Source: Candidatus Kuenenia stuttgartensis
GTDB taxonomy: Bacteria; Planctomycetota; Brocadiia; Brocadiales; Brocadiaceae
Reading direction: 5' to 3'
Length of the DNA: 32,000 nt
Assembly: GCF_900232105.1 (NCBI RefSeq)
Contig: NZ_LT934425.1
Span: forward strand, 2,220,001-2,252,000
Of this stretch, positions 7,830 through 16,355 are shown piece after piece; position 1 is the stretch's first letter, and each line of letters starts with the position of its first letter. The notes below the pieces were generated by a model. It worked only from the letters and a program-made list of their open reading frames with translations, was not told where the DNA came from and searched no databases. A program made the position numbers and the translations under genes.

Positions 7830-9092
7830 TCAGAACGGTTCTTCGTAATCTTTCATTTCTTTATCGTATTTATCAATGAAACTGAGCAACAACTCACCCT
7901 TATTAGAAAAATATTTCTCAATAAAGATAGAAGTTTCTAAGGGAACGAAGTCAATATTCTGAGCTGTAATGCCAGTATAATTATATTCTGGCAGTTCAGA
8001 AAAAAAGGAGTCCTTTTGGATATTTTTTATATATACCTCTAAATCCTTCGGATTTGTACCTTTAGGATATTTTATTTTGAAAAAATCGTTTTCATCAAAA
8101 TCAATTATTTCACTATTATAAATTCTTTTTGGACCAAACTTGGGATTAACGATGATAAGTCTGTTAAAACCTTTTGACGCGTAAAATAGCAGATTATTAA
8201 TATATGGATCAAAAAAACTATAACCTATAACAAATATATATTTTTTAATTCTTAGCAATTCATTAAATTTTTTCATAAGGCTAAAAAAAGGTTCAACCGA
8301 AATGGTTTTAGATCCTTGTCCAAAAATCACATATGGATTATGAAAGGGTTCAATATACTCTTTTTCTTCTTCAGGAAACTTTGATTCTTCATATATTTCA
8401 CCAGATTCAACTCTGGCCCAGTCAATAGAACCATGAAGTTTATATAAATTTATCCTTCCAAACTCGTCTAATTTATCTTCATCATCAATACCTATCCATT
8501 TACCGTTATAAAAACCCCTCCAGGGAATTTCATGATGAGCGCCAAAATACTTCTCAATTACTAAGTCATTATTTAAAGTACAAACGTCTAATCGGAAACT
8601 CTGCTCTGAATAGCCTTGAAAGAATGCCCGTATTGGGGCAAGGTAGCCGAATTTATCTTCATCAGATTCCAACCAATGATTTTTCAAAAGGGATTTCAAT
8701 TTCAATTCCAATTCTTCAAAAAGATTTTTTCTGTCCTGTTTTTTATAAGCAGTCTCCAGTTCCACCAATTTATCTGCCCAATTACCTGTAATCGGATAGG
8801 GCAAAAAAAGTTCTCTATTTTTAATCCTTCTAATGAGGAGAACCAATTCTTCAATATTTGGGTTAAATTCTATTTCTCCGCCAGTTTTTATTGATCGCCA
8901 CTCGGCATGGTATGCCATACAGGATATTAAAAACTGTAAGGCTTCTTTTTCGGTTGGAGTAAAACTATCATCATCCGAAAGAATCTTTTTCTTTAAATCG
9001 CTGAACATTTCACCTGATGTTAAACATCCTGTTCCAAAGGAGAAACCAGCTCCCAAAAAGAATAGCGTCTTTTTTATAAGTTCTACTTCCAT
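7830..9092 (-). CDS. SIR2-like (SIR2_2/ThsA-type) putative NADase effector
   Basis: 420 aa. FLGAGFSF (encoded about 9037-9060), a TLNNDLVIE TxNxD-like motif and LYKLHGS (8428-8448) are the three signature motifs of defence-type SIR2 domains. The start lies 1 nt after the pAgo stop. Confidence 0.8.
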   Translation of the reverse strand: MEVELIKKTLFFLGAGFSFGTGCLTSGEMFSDLKKKILSDDDSFTPTEKEALQFLISCMAYHAEWRSIKTGGEIEFNPNIEELVLLIRRIKNRELFLPYPITGNWADKLVELETAYKKQDRKNLFEELELKLKSLLKNHWLESDEDKFGYLAPIRAFFQGYSEQSFRLDVCTLNNDLVIEKYFGAHHEIPWRGFYNGKWIGIDDEDKLDEFGRINLYKLHGSIDWARVESGEIYEESKFPEEEKEYIEPFHNPYVIFGQGSKTISVEPFFSLMKKFNELLRIKKYIFVIGYSFFDPYINNLLFYASKGFNRLIIVNPKFGPKRIYNSEIIDFDENDFFKIKYPKGTNPKDLEVYIKNIQKDSFFSELPEYNYTGITAQNIDFVPLETSIFIEKYFSNKGELLLSFIDKYDKEMKDYEEPF

Positions 9093-9093
9093 A

Positions 9094-11112
9094 TTAAATA
9101 AACCAAGGAGTTTTTTGCGAAATCTTGTTTTCTGAGATTTCTCCGTTAAAATGCAAAGAAAAATCTGCTATCATTTTAGAATATTTGGTTGTTACAGGTT
9201 GACTTGTTTGCATCAGTCCCTTCCAATTTAATCGTGAAAATTCATATACCTGCGACAATATTTCTCGATGTGAAAAACCACCTACATCTGCATGGAATAT
9301 TTTCACTTTAATGGGCAACTCATCTTTTACTTTACGAACTGGCTCTTTTTCATATCTATTATTATTGAAAAGCAAATATTCGTCTTTACCAATTTTTACA
9401 TAAGTTCCACTTTCAGGCATCCCCATATCATATTCGGTATCAAAACATATATCTGACTTGCTTTTGGTATCATTGACTTCAGTAAGCGCAAAAGGTATAT
9501 CTAAATTTAATTTGTTGTAAATTACCTGCTCAAAATTTTTTATCTCATCTTTTCTTGGTGGTTTGTAATAATGAATAGTTAATCTGTCAGGACTACCAAT
9601 AGACTTTGAATAGTCATCTATTGCGATCTTCAAATGAGATATTAAATCTTCTCCTGCTCTCTCCTCTGAGAAACCGTATATCCTTCCCAAGCGCCCTTCA
9701 TTGTCGAAAAATACAGCGCTGCCTATCCATTTCTGGTCTTGTAATTTTTTGTAATTATATCCAATCACTAAATCATTATATTTTTTTGTGTTTAGTTTCC
9801 ATGGGATTCCGCCTAATTTTGCCAATATAGCAATTGCTATGTTGGGCAAGCAATAATTAAAATTTCCACTACGAACAGTTTTATTTGCAATAAACTGAGA
9901 GGTAATTCCTTTATCAAGTAAGAGCTTTTTAATTTCATAATAAGTTTTTTCCTCTTCTTCGTCACTTTCGTATTTGCTAAATGGCCCTATAATTACTGCC
10001 GCATAGTTATAATAGTCATTATCGGGAAATTGGGCGGCAAGAAATTCCTGTAACTTTGTGGATAATTCTCCAGTGCTTGAATAGTATAGGCTTTTTTCCT
10101 TGTCCAATACTACAGGAATACCAACATATGTTAGCAATCCTGGAAATTGTTTTAACCCGTTTCTTAAATACTGATATACTTTATTGGCATCATCCCTTTC
10201 ATTGTAAATAAAAAGGATTTTTATATCGTTAGCATTATCAATCTTTTTATACGGTCCATACTCCCGCATTCCAATTACTGCATTAACAGTTTTATTTTCA
10301 CCGCCAAAAACCATTAAATTATCTTTTAATATTATTCTTTGCCTGTCTTTATCTAAAACGGTTTTAAAACCAGTTTTATCAATATTAAAAAAAACAGATT
10401 CAAAATCCTTTAGTCCCGATTTAAGAAAATCAAGAATGTTTTTATACTCTGTTTTATAGCTGCAAGGAATGACTCTATTCGCTCCTTCTATTCCTGACCG
10501 CATTTGTTTATCAGCGATAACTTTAAATGAATCTCCTGATAGAATTTGTTCATATTTACAGATTAATTTATTCCCAATGTTAACTACTTTCCGAATACCA
10601 TCAATTTGAAAAATTTCTTTTCTACTTATTAATGTAAACTCACTTCCAACACTAATGGATAGCTCTTCATTAAAAGATTTATAAACTAAATCATACCTAA
10701 TATATATTTCCCAGTCTGTTTTAAAATCTTCTTTACGTTTATAAACGGAGAGGTCAAAAGCAGTAGGATTTAGATCAACATAAAAACCTTTATCTAAAAA
10801 GTAATTAGTTAACTCCTGTTTAATAATTAATCTCTTTAAAGATTTAATATCAAAATTATCAGATGAAATGAAATAAGAATTATTATCCCTATCCAGAGAA
10901 AATTCGATTTCAACTGGGTCTTCATCCTTAATATTGTTTTTTTTAAGCCACTCATTAAAATTATTTTTTGCTTCATCATTTTTGATTTTGTTTCTTAACC
11001 ATTGTGATTCTTTAGCAGTGATGACAAAACCTTCTTTATTTTTAATGTTTACAAACCATTGTTTGTCTAAATGGAACCGCAAATTTGTTCTATTTAACAA
11101 CAAAGTACTCAT
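9094..11112 (-). CDS. Prokaryotic Argonaute (MID-PIWI), catalytically inactive, with a roughly 290-aa N-terminal region and no obvious PAZ
   Basis: 672 aa. PIWI hallmark AILAKLGGIPWKL (about 9799-9823). MID 5'-end pocket pattern YYEIKK...GITSQFI..NK (Y-K-Q-K type). C-terminal ...PVTTKYSKMIADF...TPWFI. DEDX positions read GYNY (not GxDV) and IHYYK (not RDG). GAGGGAGG SD lies 6 nt upstream. Confidence 0.85.
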   Translation of the reverse strand: MSTLLLNRTNLRFHLDKQWFVNIKNKEGFVITAKESQWLRNKIKNDEAKNNFNEWLKKNNIKDEDPVEIEFSLDRDNNSYFISSDNFDIKSLKRLIIKQELTNYFLDKGFYVDLNPTAFDLSVYKRKEDFKTDWEIYIRYDLVYKSFNEELSISVGSEFTLISRKEIFQIDGIRKVVNIGNKLICKYEQILSGDSFKVIADKQMRSGIEGANRVIPCSYKTEYKNILDFLKSGLKDFESVFFNIDKTGFKTVLDKDRQRIILKDNLMVFGGENKTVNAVIGMREYGPYKKIDNANDIKILFIYNERDDANKVYQYLRNGLKQFPGLLTYVGIPVVLDKEKSLYYSSTGELSTKLQEFLAAQFPDNDYYNYAAVIIGPFSKYESDEEEEKTYYEIKKLLLDKGITSQFIANKTVRSGNFNYCLPNIAIAILAKLGGIPWKLNTKKYNDLVIGYNYKKLQDQKWIGSAVFFDNEGRLGRIYGFSEERAGEDLISHLKIAIDDYSKSIGSPDRLTIHYYKPPRKDEIKNFEQVIYNKLNLDIPFALTEVNDTKSKSDICFDTEYDMGMPESGTYVKIGKDEYLLFNNNRYEKEPVRKVKDELPIKVKIFHADVGGFSHREILSQVYEFSRLNWKGLMQTSQPVTTKYSKMIADFSLHFNGEISENKISQKTPWFI

Positions 11113-14100
11113 TTATTTACCTCCCTCAATTATTGTAATTTCTACCCCGGTCAAACCGTAGAGTTTATAAACAAGCTGGTCAATCTGCCTTTCCAGCGGT
11201 GACGTGTCGGCATTAGGGTCTTTTTGCTTTTCGGTGAGGATTTGGTCAACAAGAGAATCTAATTGTTTCTTATCTGTATTTTTAAGGATTGGTATGGGAA
11301 TTTGTTCGAAATATTGAGGCTTGACTTCGATGAATCCACCGCTTCTTACAACACATATCGTTTTCAAAAAATACCAAACAACTTTTGAGTTAAGAATCCC
11401 TAATAGCCATTTCGCATCGGTTGGCAAGAAAACTGCCGGCGCATTAAGGTATGTACCGCTAATATCATAGGCAAATTTGTTGGAGTTTTGAAGGTTGGGG
11501 AATATTATTTTTGGTTTTGCAAACAGGTCATAATAAGCACAGTTTCTAAGTTCCCACCAGAACTCCCCCTTGTCATATCGCTTTCTTGCTGCCTCAGCAA
11601 AGGGCTTAAGATGGTTCATGATTGATGGAAAAGCAGCCCTCATTGCTTCAAATGCCTTTGCTTCGTCCTGTCCGTTAAAATACGTACGTGTTGACTTGTT
11701 TTCGAAGACGATCATCTTTTTATCAATCGCTGGGGTCTGCCATTTCTTGATATCTTTGCCCTCGAAAACAGGTTTGAGGTGCTTGCTGTTTCCCAAGTCT
11801 TTTTCTGTTATAAATGCCTCATTTAATGCTGTTTTAATACCATAATAGCACTTTCCAAATACGTCTTTCAACTTCTTATGAATGGATATTTTCTCTGATA
11901 ACTCCACTTGTCCCTGATGATCAAAACTCCAGGAAAACTGCTTCAGTGCTGAACTTGGTAGAAGCGTATAAGAAATGGCTCTACCCGAATTAAAATTGCC
12001 AAATAGATCTTCGGTTACTTTGAGATATGCAAATGCTTCCTGATGCTTTGATTTTATCGCAAGAAGGATTATTGGGTAGGTTGTGGTACCCTCAAAAACA
12101 CCAACAGATTTAAAGTCAACATACTTGTTTAATGAAAAATTATCCGAGACATATTTACGTAGAGTTTTTCCGGCAGTTGTTTTATCAAACGCATTATTGA
12201 TAAAACAAAAAACTCCCTGATTTGTCAGAATATTAAAAGACCTCTCATAGAAATAATAAAAAATATCTCCGCTTGGGGCAAATACGGTGTAGGTAGCCTT
12301 AAGATAAGTTTTCAAATCTCCCAAATCTTCAGCCCGAATATACGGCGGATTCCCAATCACCACATCAAACCCCTCCTTAATCCCAAACATCCACTCTGTG
12401 TCAAAGAAAGTAGCCGAGTTGTTCTGGTCGTAAGGATCCCAGGCGGCTATTTTTTTGGCAGTGGCAGGTTGGAAGTCATGGTTTTCTATTAGCAATTCAG
12501 CCAGTTCGTCACGCAATTGTTTGTCTTTTATACGGCAGGTTTCCTTACGCCTGGGCGTCCGGGCTTCAAAGTAATCGTGCCGCACCTTTTTCAGTTCGGC
12601 CTTTTTCTTTTCTATATCAGGGTTGGTAAACAAATGCGCCTTTTCTTTTTCCAGCCCTATCAATGTATTGGCAGCCACAAATTTCGTTTCCAGGTTTGGC
12701 AGGGGACGTACGCCTAAGTTGTCTCTCCTGTGATTTACCTTTTGATCAACAATCAGGGAAATAAAGAACCGCAGCTTGGCTATCTGTACGGCGATGGACT
12801 GTATATCTATACCATAAATGCAGTTCTCTATGAGGTAGAGCTTGCGTCCATAGTCAAATTCGTTGTTATCAAAGGCTTCTTCAATATCTCTGCGCGTGTT
12901 GTGCAGGTCTTCAATTACTTTTTCCCTGACACGGGTGTCTGAAATGCCTTCGGCATCTTCAATCAGTTTATCTACCTTATCTAACTGCCGTTGTTTCCAT
13001 CGGGCGTTGTTGGGATCGAGTTTATGCAGTATATGAACCATCCTGTGCAGTATGCCCATTGGGAAAGCCCCGGAGCCGCAGGCAGGGTCTAAAATCTTAC
13101 AGGTATCAATCGCCTTAACAAGAACCCCGGCTTCCTCAGTATTGAAGGGATTGGGGTTTTCAGAATAACTGAGCAGGTCGCGTAATCTTTCTTCGTTTTT
13201 GTCGGTGTTGTTAGATTCTTCGCTCCGCTCAGAATGACAAAAGGGGACAGAATGACCGGCTGAGACGGAACTACGGGATGGGACATCATGACAAGATGAG
13301 AGAGATTGCTTGAGGTAGGCCAGCAATGATTCGTCCACCATGTAGTTTACAATCTCGCGCGGAGTGTAAAACGAACCGGTCTGTTTGCGGGCAGTGGTTT
13401 GGGTTTCGGGATTGTAGTTGGCTAAAAGGTTTTCAAATACCTTACCAAGCAATTCGGGGTCGAGGGCTATTTCTTCTTCTATGGGTGTATTTTCGGCAAC
13501 AGTAAATTTATAGCTGTTCAGAATGTCAATGATCCCGTAAACCTTTTCTTTATTTTTTTTGGATGAACTGTAGATCCTGCTTAAATCGACGTCCACACCT
13601 TTTTCGTTAAAAAACAGCTCGTCCGGCACTTCCAGCACATTATCTTCCCGGTCGCTGAAGCTGTCAATACGGATGCGCTTTCGTTTGCCGTCATCGTCCA
13701 GTTCCTTATCCAGGCATTCAAACAAACCGCCGTTGAGAAAAGGGATCGGAGAAAAGTATTGCTCCAGTGTTTCTTTTGGTTTTACAAATTCATTCTCGTA
13801 ACGGAATACGTTGTGGATGAAATAATGTCCATCGCGTCCGCTGTCATTTTTAGTCCTGAACCCGCGCTTGCCCATTTCGGTGTTTAGGGTAGCAAAGAAC
13901 AGGTTTTGCAGGATGGCTTTATAGTAAGCGCTTTTCTTATTGTCAGTATATTTGAGCAGTTTCTTCAACTGCTTCTCATCAAATAATGCATCCGGAACCA
14001 GTCCTTTTTCTTTCAGGAACCAAACAAACATCAAACGGGTGATGAGACGGATAACACTGGTTGCATTGCGTACATCTTTGTCCTTTCCTGCATCATCAGG

Positions 14101-14925
14101 AAACACCACTTTTTGTGTGGCCCAAAAATACCAGTTGGCAAGTTCCCTGAAGAAACGTTTGTTGAGTTCGGAGGTGTCTAATGCCTTTTGCCAGGCATTA
14201 TGCAGTTCCACAAAATTGGTAAAGCCGTGTTTGTTTTTTAGTTCATTGAATGAGAGGTCGAAGAGGATTTCTATGTGGGCGCGGTGGGTGACTGCGCCAT
14301 CGCCGCCGGAAACAATTTCCTTGCCCAAAACAACCCCCTTACCCCCTTTTTTAAGGGGGATTTCTACATCACCCCCGCCAGCGGGGGATATGCGGATGTT
14401 TTTGATGAGGGTTACTTTCTGAAGTACATCCTTGCTTTCGTCCCGTTTGTGCAGCCTGCGGTTGATGACAGAAAGTGTGAGCGAAAAACCGTGTTTGAAC
14501 AAAATCATAACTGGCATGGGAAACAGGCGATTGACTTCACGGGTGATGTGTGAAAGTTCGGTTCTGCTGTAGTGTTCTTTCGCCAGTTCTATGGCAAAGA
14601 ACAAATACGTTTCAATGACAGTGCGGTCAACCTGTTTGGTATCGAACAGTGACAATTGCCTTGTTACCTCTTCCTTAGAAAGCTGGAAGAGCAGGTCAAC
14701 ATATTTCCAGTCTTTTACCAATGCCTTGTCTTCATTAAACATGGATTGACTATCTATGAAGGAATCTCTGAATGCAATATAGGCAGGCTTTTCCAAAGGC
14801 GCCCGGCGTTCGGTAATATAGCCAAGGGTTTGAAAGAGGTTTAATGCATTTTCGGAAAGGTTGCCAGCGCCAAATTGCTGGATGGCTTCCTTTATTTTTT
14901 GCCTGAGGTCTTTCGCCATAATCAT
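11113..14925 (-). CDS. Large Eco57I-family gamma-class N6-adenine DNA methyltransferase with TaqI-like C-terminal target-recognition domain (PglX / DrmMI / type IIG-like)
   Basis: 1270 aa. Motif I ILDPACGSGAFP. Motif IV VVIGNPPYI (12337-12360). C-terminal GEFWWELRNCAYY...GGFIEVKPQYFEQIPIP is typical of TaqI_C specificity domains. The first codons overlap a REP copy, so the start could be the ATG at 14919 (MAKDL...). Confidence 0.85.
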   Translation of the reverse strand: MIMAKDLRQKIKEAIQQFGAGNLSENALNLFQTLGYITERRAPLEKPAYIAFRDSFIDSQSMFNEDKALVKDWKYVDLLFQLSKEEVTRQLSLFDTKQVDRTVIETYLFFAIELAKEHYSRTELSHITREVNRLFPMPVMILFKHGFSLTLSVINRRLHKRDESKDVLQKVTLIKNIRISPAGGGDVEIPLKKGGKGVVLGKEIVSGGDGAVTHRAHIEILFDLSFNELKNKHGFTNFVELHNAWQKALDTSELNKRFFRELANWYFWATQKVVFPDDAGKDKDVRNATSVIRLITRLMFVWFLKEKGLVPDALFDEKQLKKLLKYTDNKKSAYYKAILQNLFFATLNTEMGKRGFRTKNDSGRDGHYFIHNVFRYENEFVKPKETLEQYFSPIPFLNGGLFECLDKELDDDGKRKRIRIDSFSDREDNVLEVPDELFFNEKGVDVDLSRIYSSSKKNKEKVYGIIDILNSYKFTVAENTPIEEEIALDPELLGKVFENLLANYNPETQTTARKQTGSFYTPREIVNYMVDESLLAYLKQSLSSCHDVPSRSSVSAGHSVPFCHSERSEESNNTDKNEERLRDLLSYSENPNPFNTEEAGVLVKAIDTCKILDPACGSGAFPMGILHRMVHILHKLDPNNARWKQRQLDKVDKLIEDAEGISDTRVREKVIEDLHNTRRDIEEAFDNNEFDYGRKLYLIENCIYGIDIQSIAVQIAKLRFFISLIVDQKVNHRRDNLGVRPLPNLETKFVAANTLIGLEKEKAHLFTNPDIEKKKAELKKVRHDYFEARTPRRKETCRIKDKQLRDELAELLIENHDFQPATAKKIAAWDPYDQNNSATFFDTEWMFGIKEGFDVVIGNPPYIRAEDLGDLKTYLKATYTVFAPSGDIFYYFYERSFNILTNQGVFCFINNAFDKTTAGKTLRKYVSDNFSLNKYVDFKSVGVFEGTTTYPIILLAIKSKHQEAFAYLKVTEDLFGNFNSGRAISYTLLPSSALKQFSWSFDHQGQVELSEKISIHKKLKDVFGKCYYGIKTALNEAFITEKDLGNSKHLKPVFEGKDIKKWQTPAIDKKMIVFENKSTRTYFNGQDEAKAFEAMRAAFPSIMNHLKPFAEAARKRYDKGEFWWELRNCAYYDLFAKPKIIFPNLQNSNKFAYDISGTYLNAPAVFLPTDAKWLLGILNSKVVWYFLKTICVVRSGGFIEVKPQYFEQIPIPILKNTDKKQLDSLVDQILTEKQKDPNADTSPLERQIDQLVYKLYGLTGVEITIIEGGK
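13195..13300. repeat. Probable repeat-derived in-frame insertion inside the MTase gene (peptide SCHDVPSRSSVSAGHSVPFCHSERSEES)
   Basis: Low-complexity segment with a cagaatgac direct duplication. Another frame of the same strand reads ...VILSPFVILSGAKNL... (track ORF 13089-13289). I recognise these peptide signatures as typical of a widespread short repeat. Boundaries are approximate. Confidence 0.5.
14290..14395. repeat. Family E repeat inserted in frame inside the MTase gene (peptide SPAGGGDVEIPLKKGGKGVVLGKEIVSGGDGAV)
   Basis: aaaacaacccccttaccccctttttaagggggatttc (from 14327) aligns with intergenic copy E1 aaaacaaccccctaaatcccccttttctaagggggacttg (from 5999). It is followed by the hairpin acccccgccagcggggga. 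Outer boundaries are approximate. Confidence 0.7.
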
Positions 14926-15829
14926 GCCACCCCTTCGGGCTTTCGTTTATTATAATATTTTAGTTTTTTGAAAAATTCCACAAATGAGATGATTACCTTT
15001 CCCTGTAGTGGCAATGCGTTTCACATGCGCTTCGCTTTCTCTTCGAGTTATGAATTGCCGCTATATATATTGATACAAAGGTATTTTGCAGTTTTGACGT
15101 TTTCACAAAACTAGCATGTTACCGTTTTTTTTGATTCAGTTTACAATCTTTACAATCCCGAAGGGATGTAATTATTATAGATTTAATGAAAGAAAACCAC
15201 CAAACCCCGAAGGGGTGTAATTATTATAGCAATTATTTATTTTATTATTCCAACCAATCAAACAAATATTTTTCATGGAATTCCACATTGAATCTTTTCA
15301 AAAAATCCGAATATTCTTCCTTAAATGTCTTCCGCTTATGATGTTCTTCCTGGTTCAAAATATAGTTGTAAACTGTTTCGATCTGCTATGTGCATAGGAG
15401 AAGGCTCCGTATCCTTCTGCCATGAAATTTACTTCTAATCATTACCGATCCATATTAATGAAATTCGTCGTATTGTTTTTCACATCCCTGACCAAATCAG
15501 AAATAGCCATGGACGGTTGTAACCCTATAAATATATGCACATGGTTGGCAACGCCGTTAACGATTATAGACTTTTGTCCCTTATTTTTGATGATACCAGC
15601 CATATATTTGAACACCTCATCTCTCCAGGGTTTTTGCAGCAGATTCGACCTGCCGTTTACGGCAAAGATTGCCTGTATGTATATTTGTGTGAATGTTCCA
15701 GACATGATTTTTTATTCTATAATCATTTCACCCCTTTGGGGTTGTTGTTTGTGGTTATTCTTTGGCTATAATCATACCAGCCCTTCGGGCTTTTTGTCAT
15801 ATTGTACCAGTTTAGTTTTTTGAAAAACA
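14917..15829. mobile_element. REP/RayT cluster: decayed Y1 transposase gene bracketed by inverted REPs (family G) and inverted family C repeats
   Basis: REP G copies: cataatcatgccaccccttcgggc (14917-14940, rc), cccgaagggatgtaattattatag (15157-15180), cccgaaggggtgtaattattatag (15206-15229), ctataatcataccagcccttcgggc (15771-15795, rc). C5 (15100-15124, forward) and C6 (15805-15828, rc) lie outside them. Confidence 0.75.
15245..15705 (-). pseudogene. IS200-like / REP-associated tyrosine transposase (RayT, Y1_Tnp) pseudogene
   Basis: Frame 1 gives MSGTFTQIYIQAIFAVNGR...VANHVHIFIGLQPSMAISDLVRDVKNNTTNFI (HxH motif), then a stop at 15442. The rest is readable only after frame shifts: ...AEGYGAFSYAHS then QIETVYNYILNQEEHHKRKTFKEEYSDFLKRFNVEFHEKYLFDWLE* ending at 15245. 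There are at least two frame disruptions. Confidence 0.8.
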
Positions 15830-16054
15830 TGATTTTTTCAGCTATTCCGCAGCCCTGACAGGGTTTCAAAACTCTGTCAGGGTTAAATCAGCGAGTAGGA
15901 CGCACCCTGCGATGTTACAATTTTTGTAACATTTTAAGTAAAGAATCCACCAGCGAAACAGATAGCTTTGGGTTTATCCCTATAAGGGGATGAGTTTATC
16001 CGGTGGGACTTGCATATCGATACTATGCAATTGGTCAGTCACTGGCTGACGATT

Positions 16055-16354
16055 TTACGGTAGCATCAATTGGGCAGTCAGTGACCGCCTGATTTGCGGA
16101 TAGGTTTGGTAAAACTGCCTGAATAGCTTTAAGTTACGGCAAGATAATCCTTTATTATCAAAACGTTCCGAAAGATTTTGCAATAGGTTTTCGCCATAGG
16201 TAGCCCGGTCTTCCCCTTTTTGCTCATACTCAACAATGTAAAAACCAATTAGCCAGTTACGGATTGTAATATGGCGGTTAATTGCCGTTACAGCCGATTG
16301 TTGCAAGGCAGTATGGGTCTGCTGTATGGTATTAACTAAGAATTCAAATTTCAT
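16055..16354 (-). pseudogene. N-terminal fragment of a DUF1016/YhcG-type (PD-(D/E)XK nuclease family) protein
   Basis: 99 aa. IRNWLIGFYIVEYEQKGEDRATYGENLLQNLSERF...CRNLKLFRQFYQTYPQI matches the YhcG N-terminal domain. Full-length members are about 3.5x longer as I recall, and the nuclease core is absent. The start lies 1 nt after the helicase stop. Confidence 0.65.
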
Positions 16355-16355
16355 A

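Noticed and set aside
8616-9135. Plus-strand ORFs 8616-8894 and 8833-9135 (also 9606-9830 and 10934-11161)
   Set aside because: These are shadow ORFs antisense to the SIR2 and pAgo genes. Their Phe/Ile/Lys/Ser-rich translations are typical of AT-rich antisense frames.
11113-11700. MTase N-terminus as a type IIG PD-(D/E)XK endonuclease domain (D...QxxK around …YVDLLFQLSKEE…; the N-terminus is encoded near 14.7 kb, not at these coordinates' 3' end)
   Set aside because: The motif spacing does not match a canonical D-Xn-(E/Q)-X-K, and I cannot verify it without alignment. It is left as an open question rather than a call.
13089-13289. Minus-strand 66-aa ORF in an alternative frame of the MTase (…VILSPFVILSGAKNL…)
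   Set aside because: It is an artefact of the repeat-derived segment. It is useful only as a signature of that repeat, not as a gene.
11570-14844. Plus-strand ORFs inside the MTase (11570-11845, 12517-12717, 12730-12942, 13940-14422, 14275-14553, 14656-14844)
   Set aside because: All are antisense to a 1270-codon ORF with clear methyltransferase motifs, and none has family features of its own.
15422-15823. Plus-strand ORFs 15422-15823 and 15535-15771
   Set aside because: They are antisense to the recognisable IS200/RayT-like pseudogene, and their hydrophobic translations look spurious.
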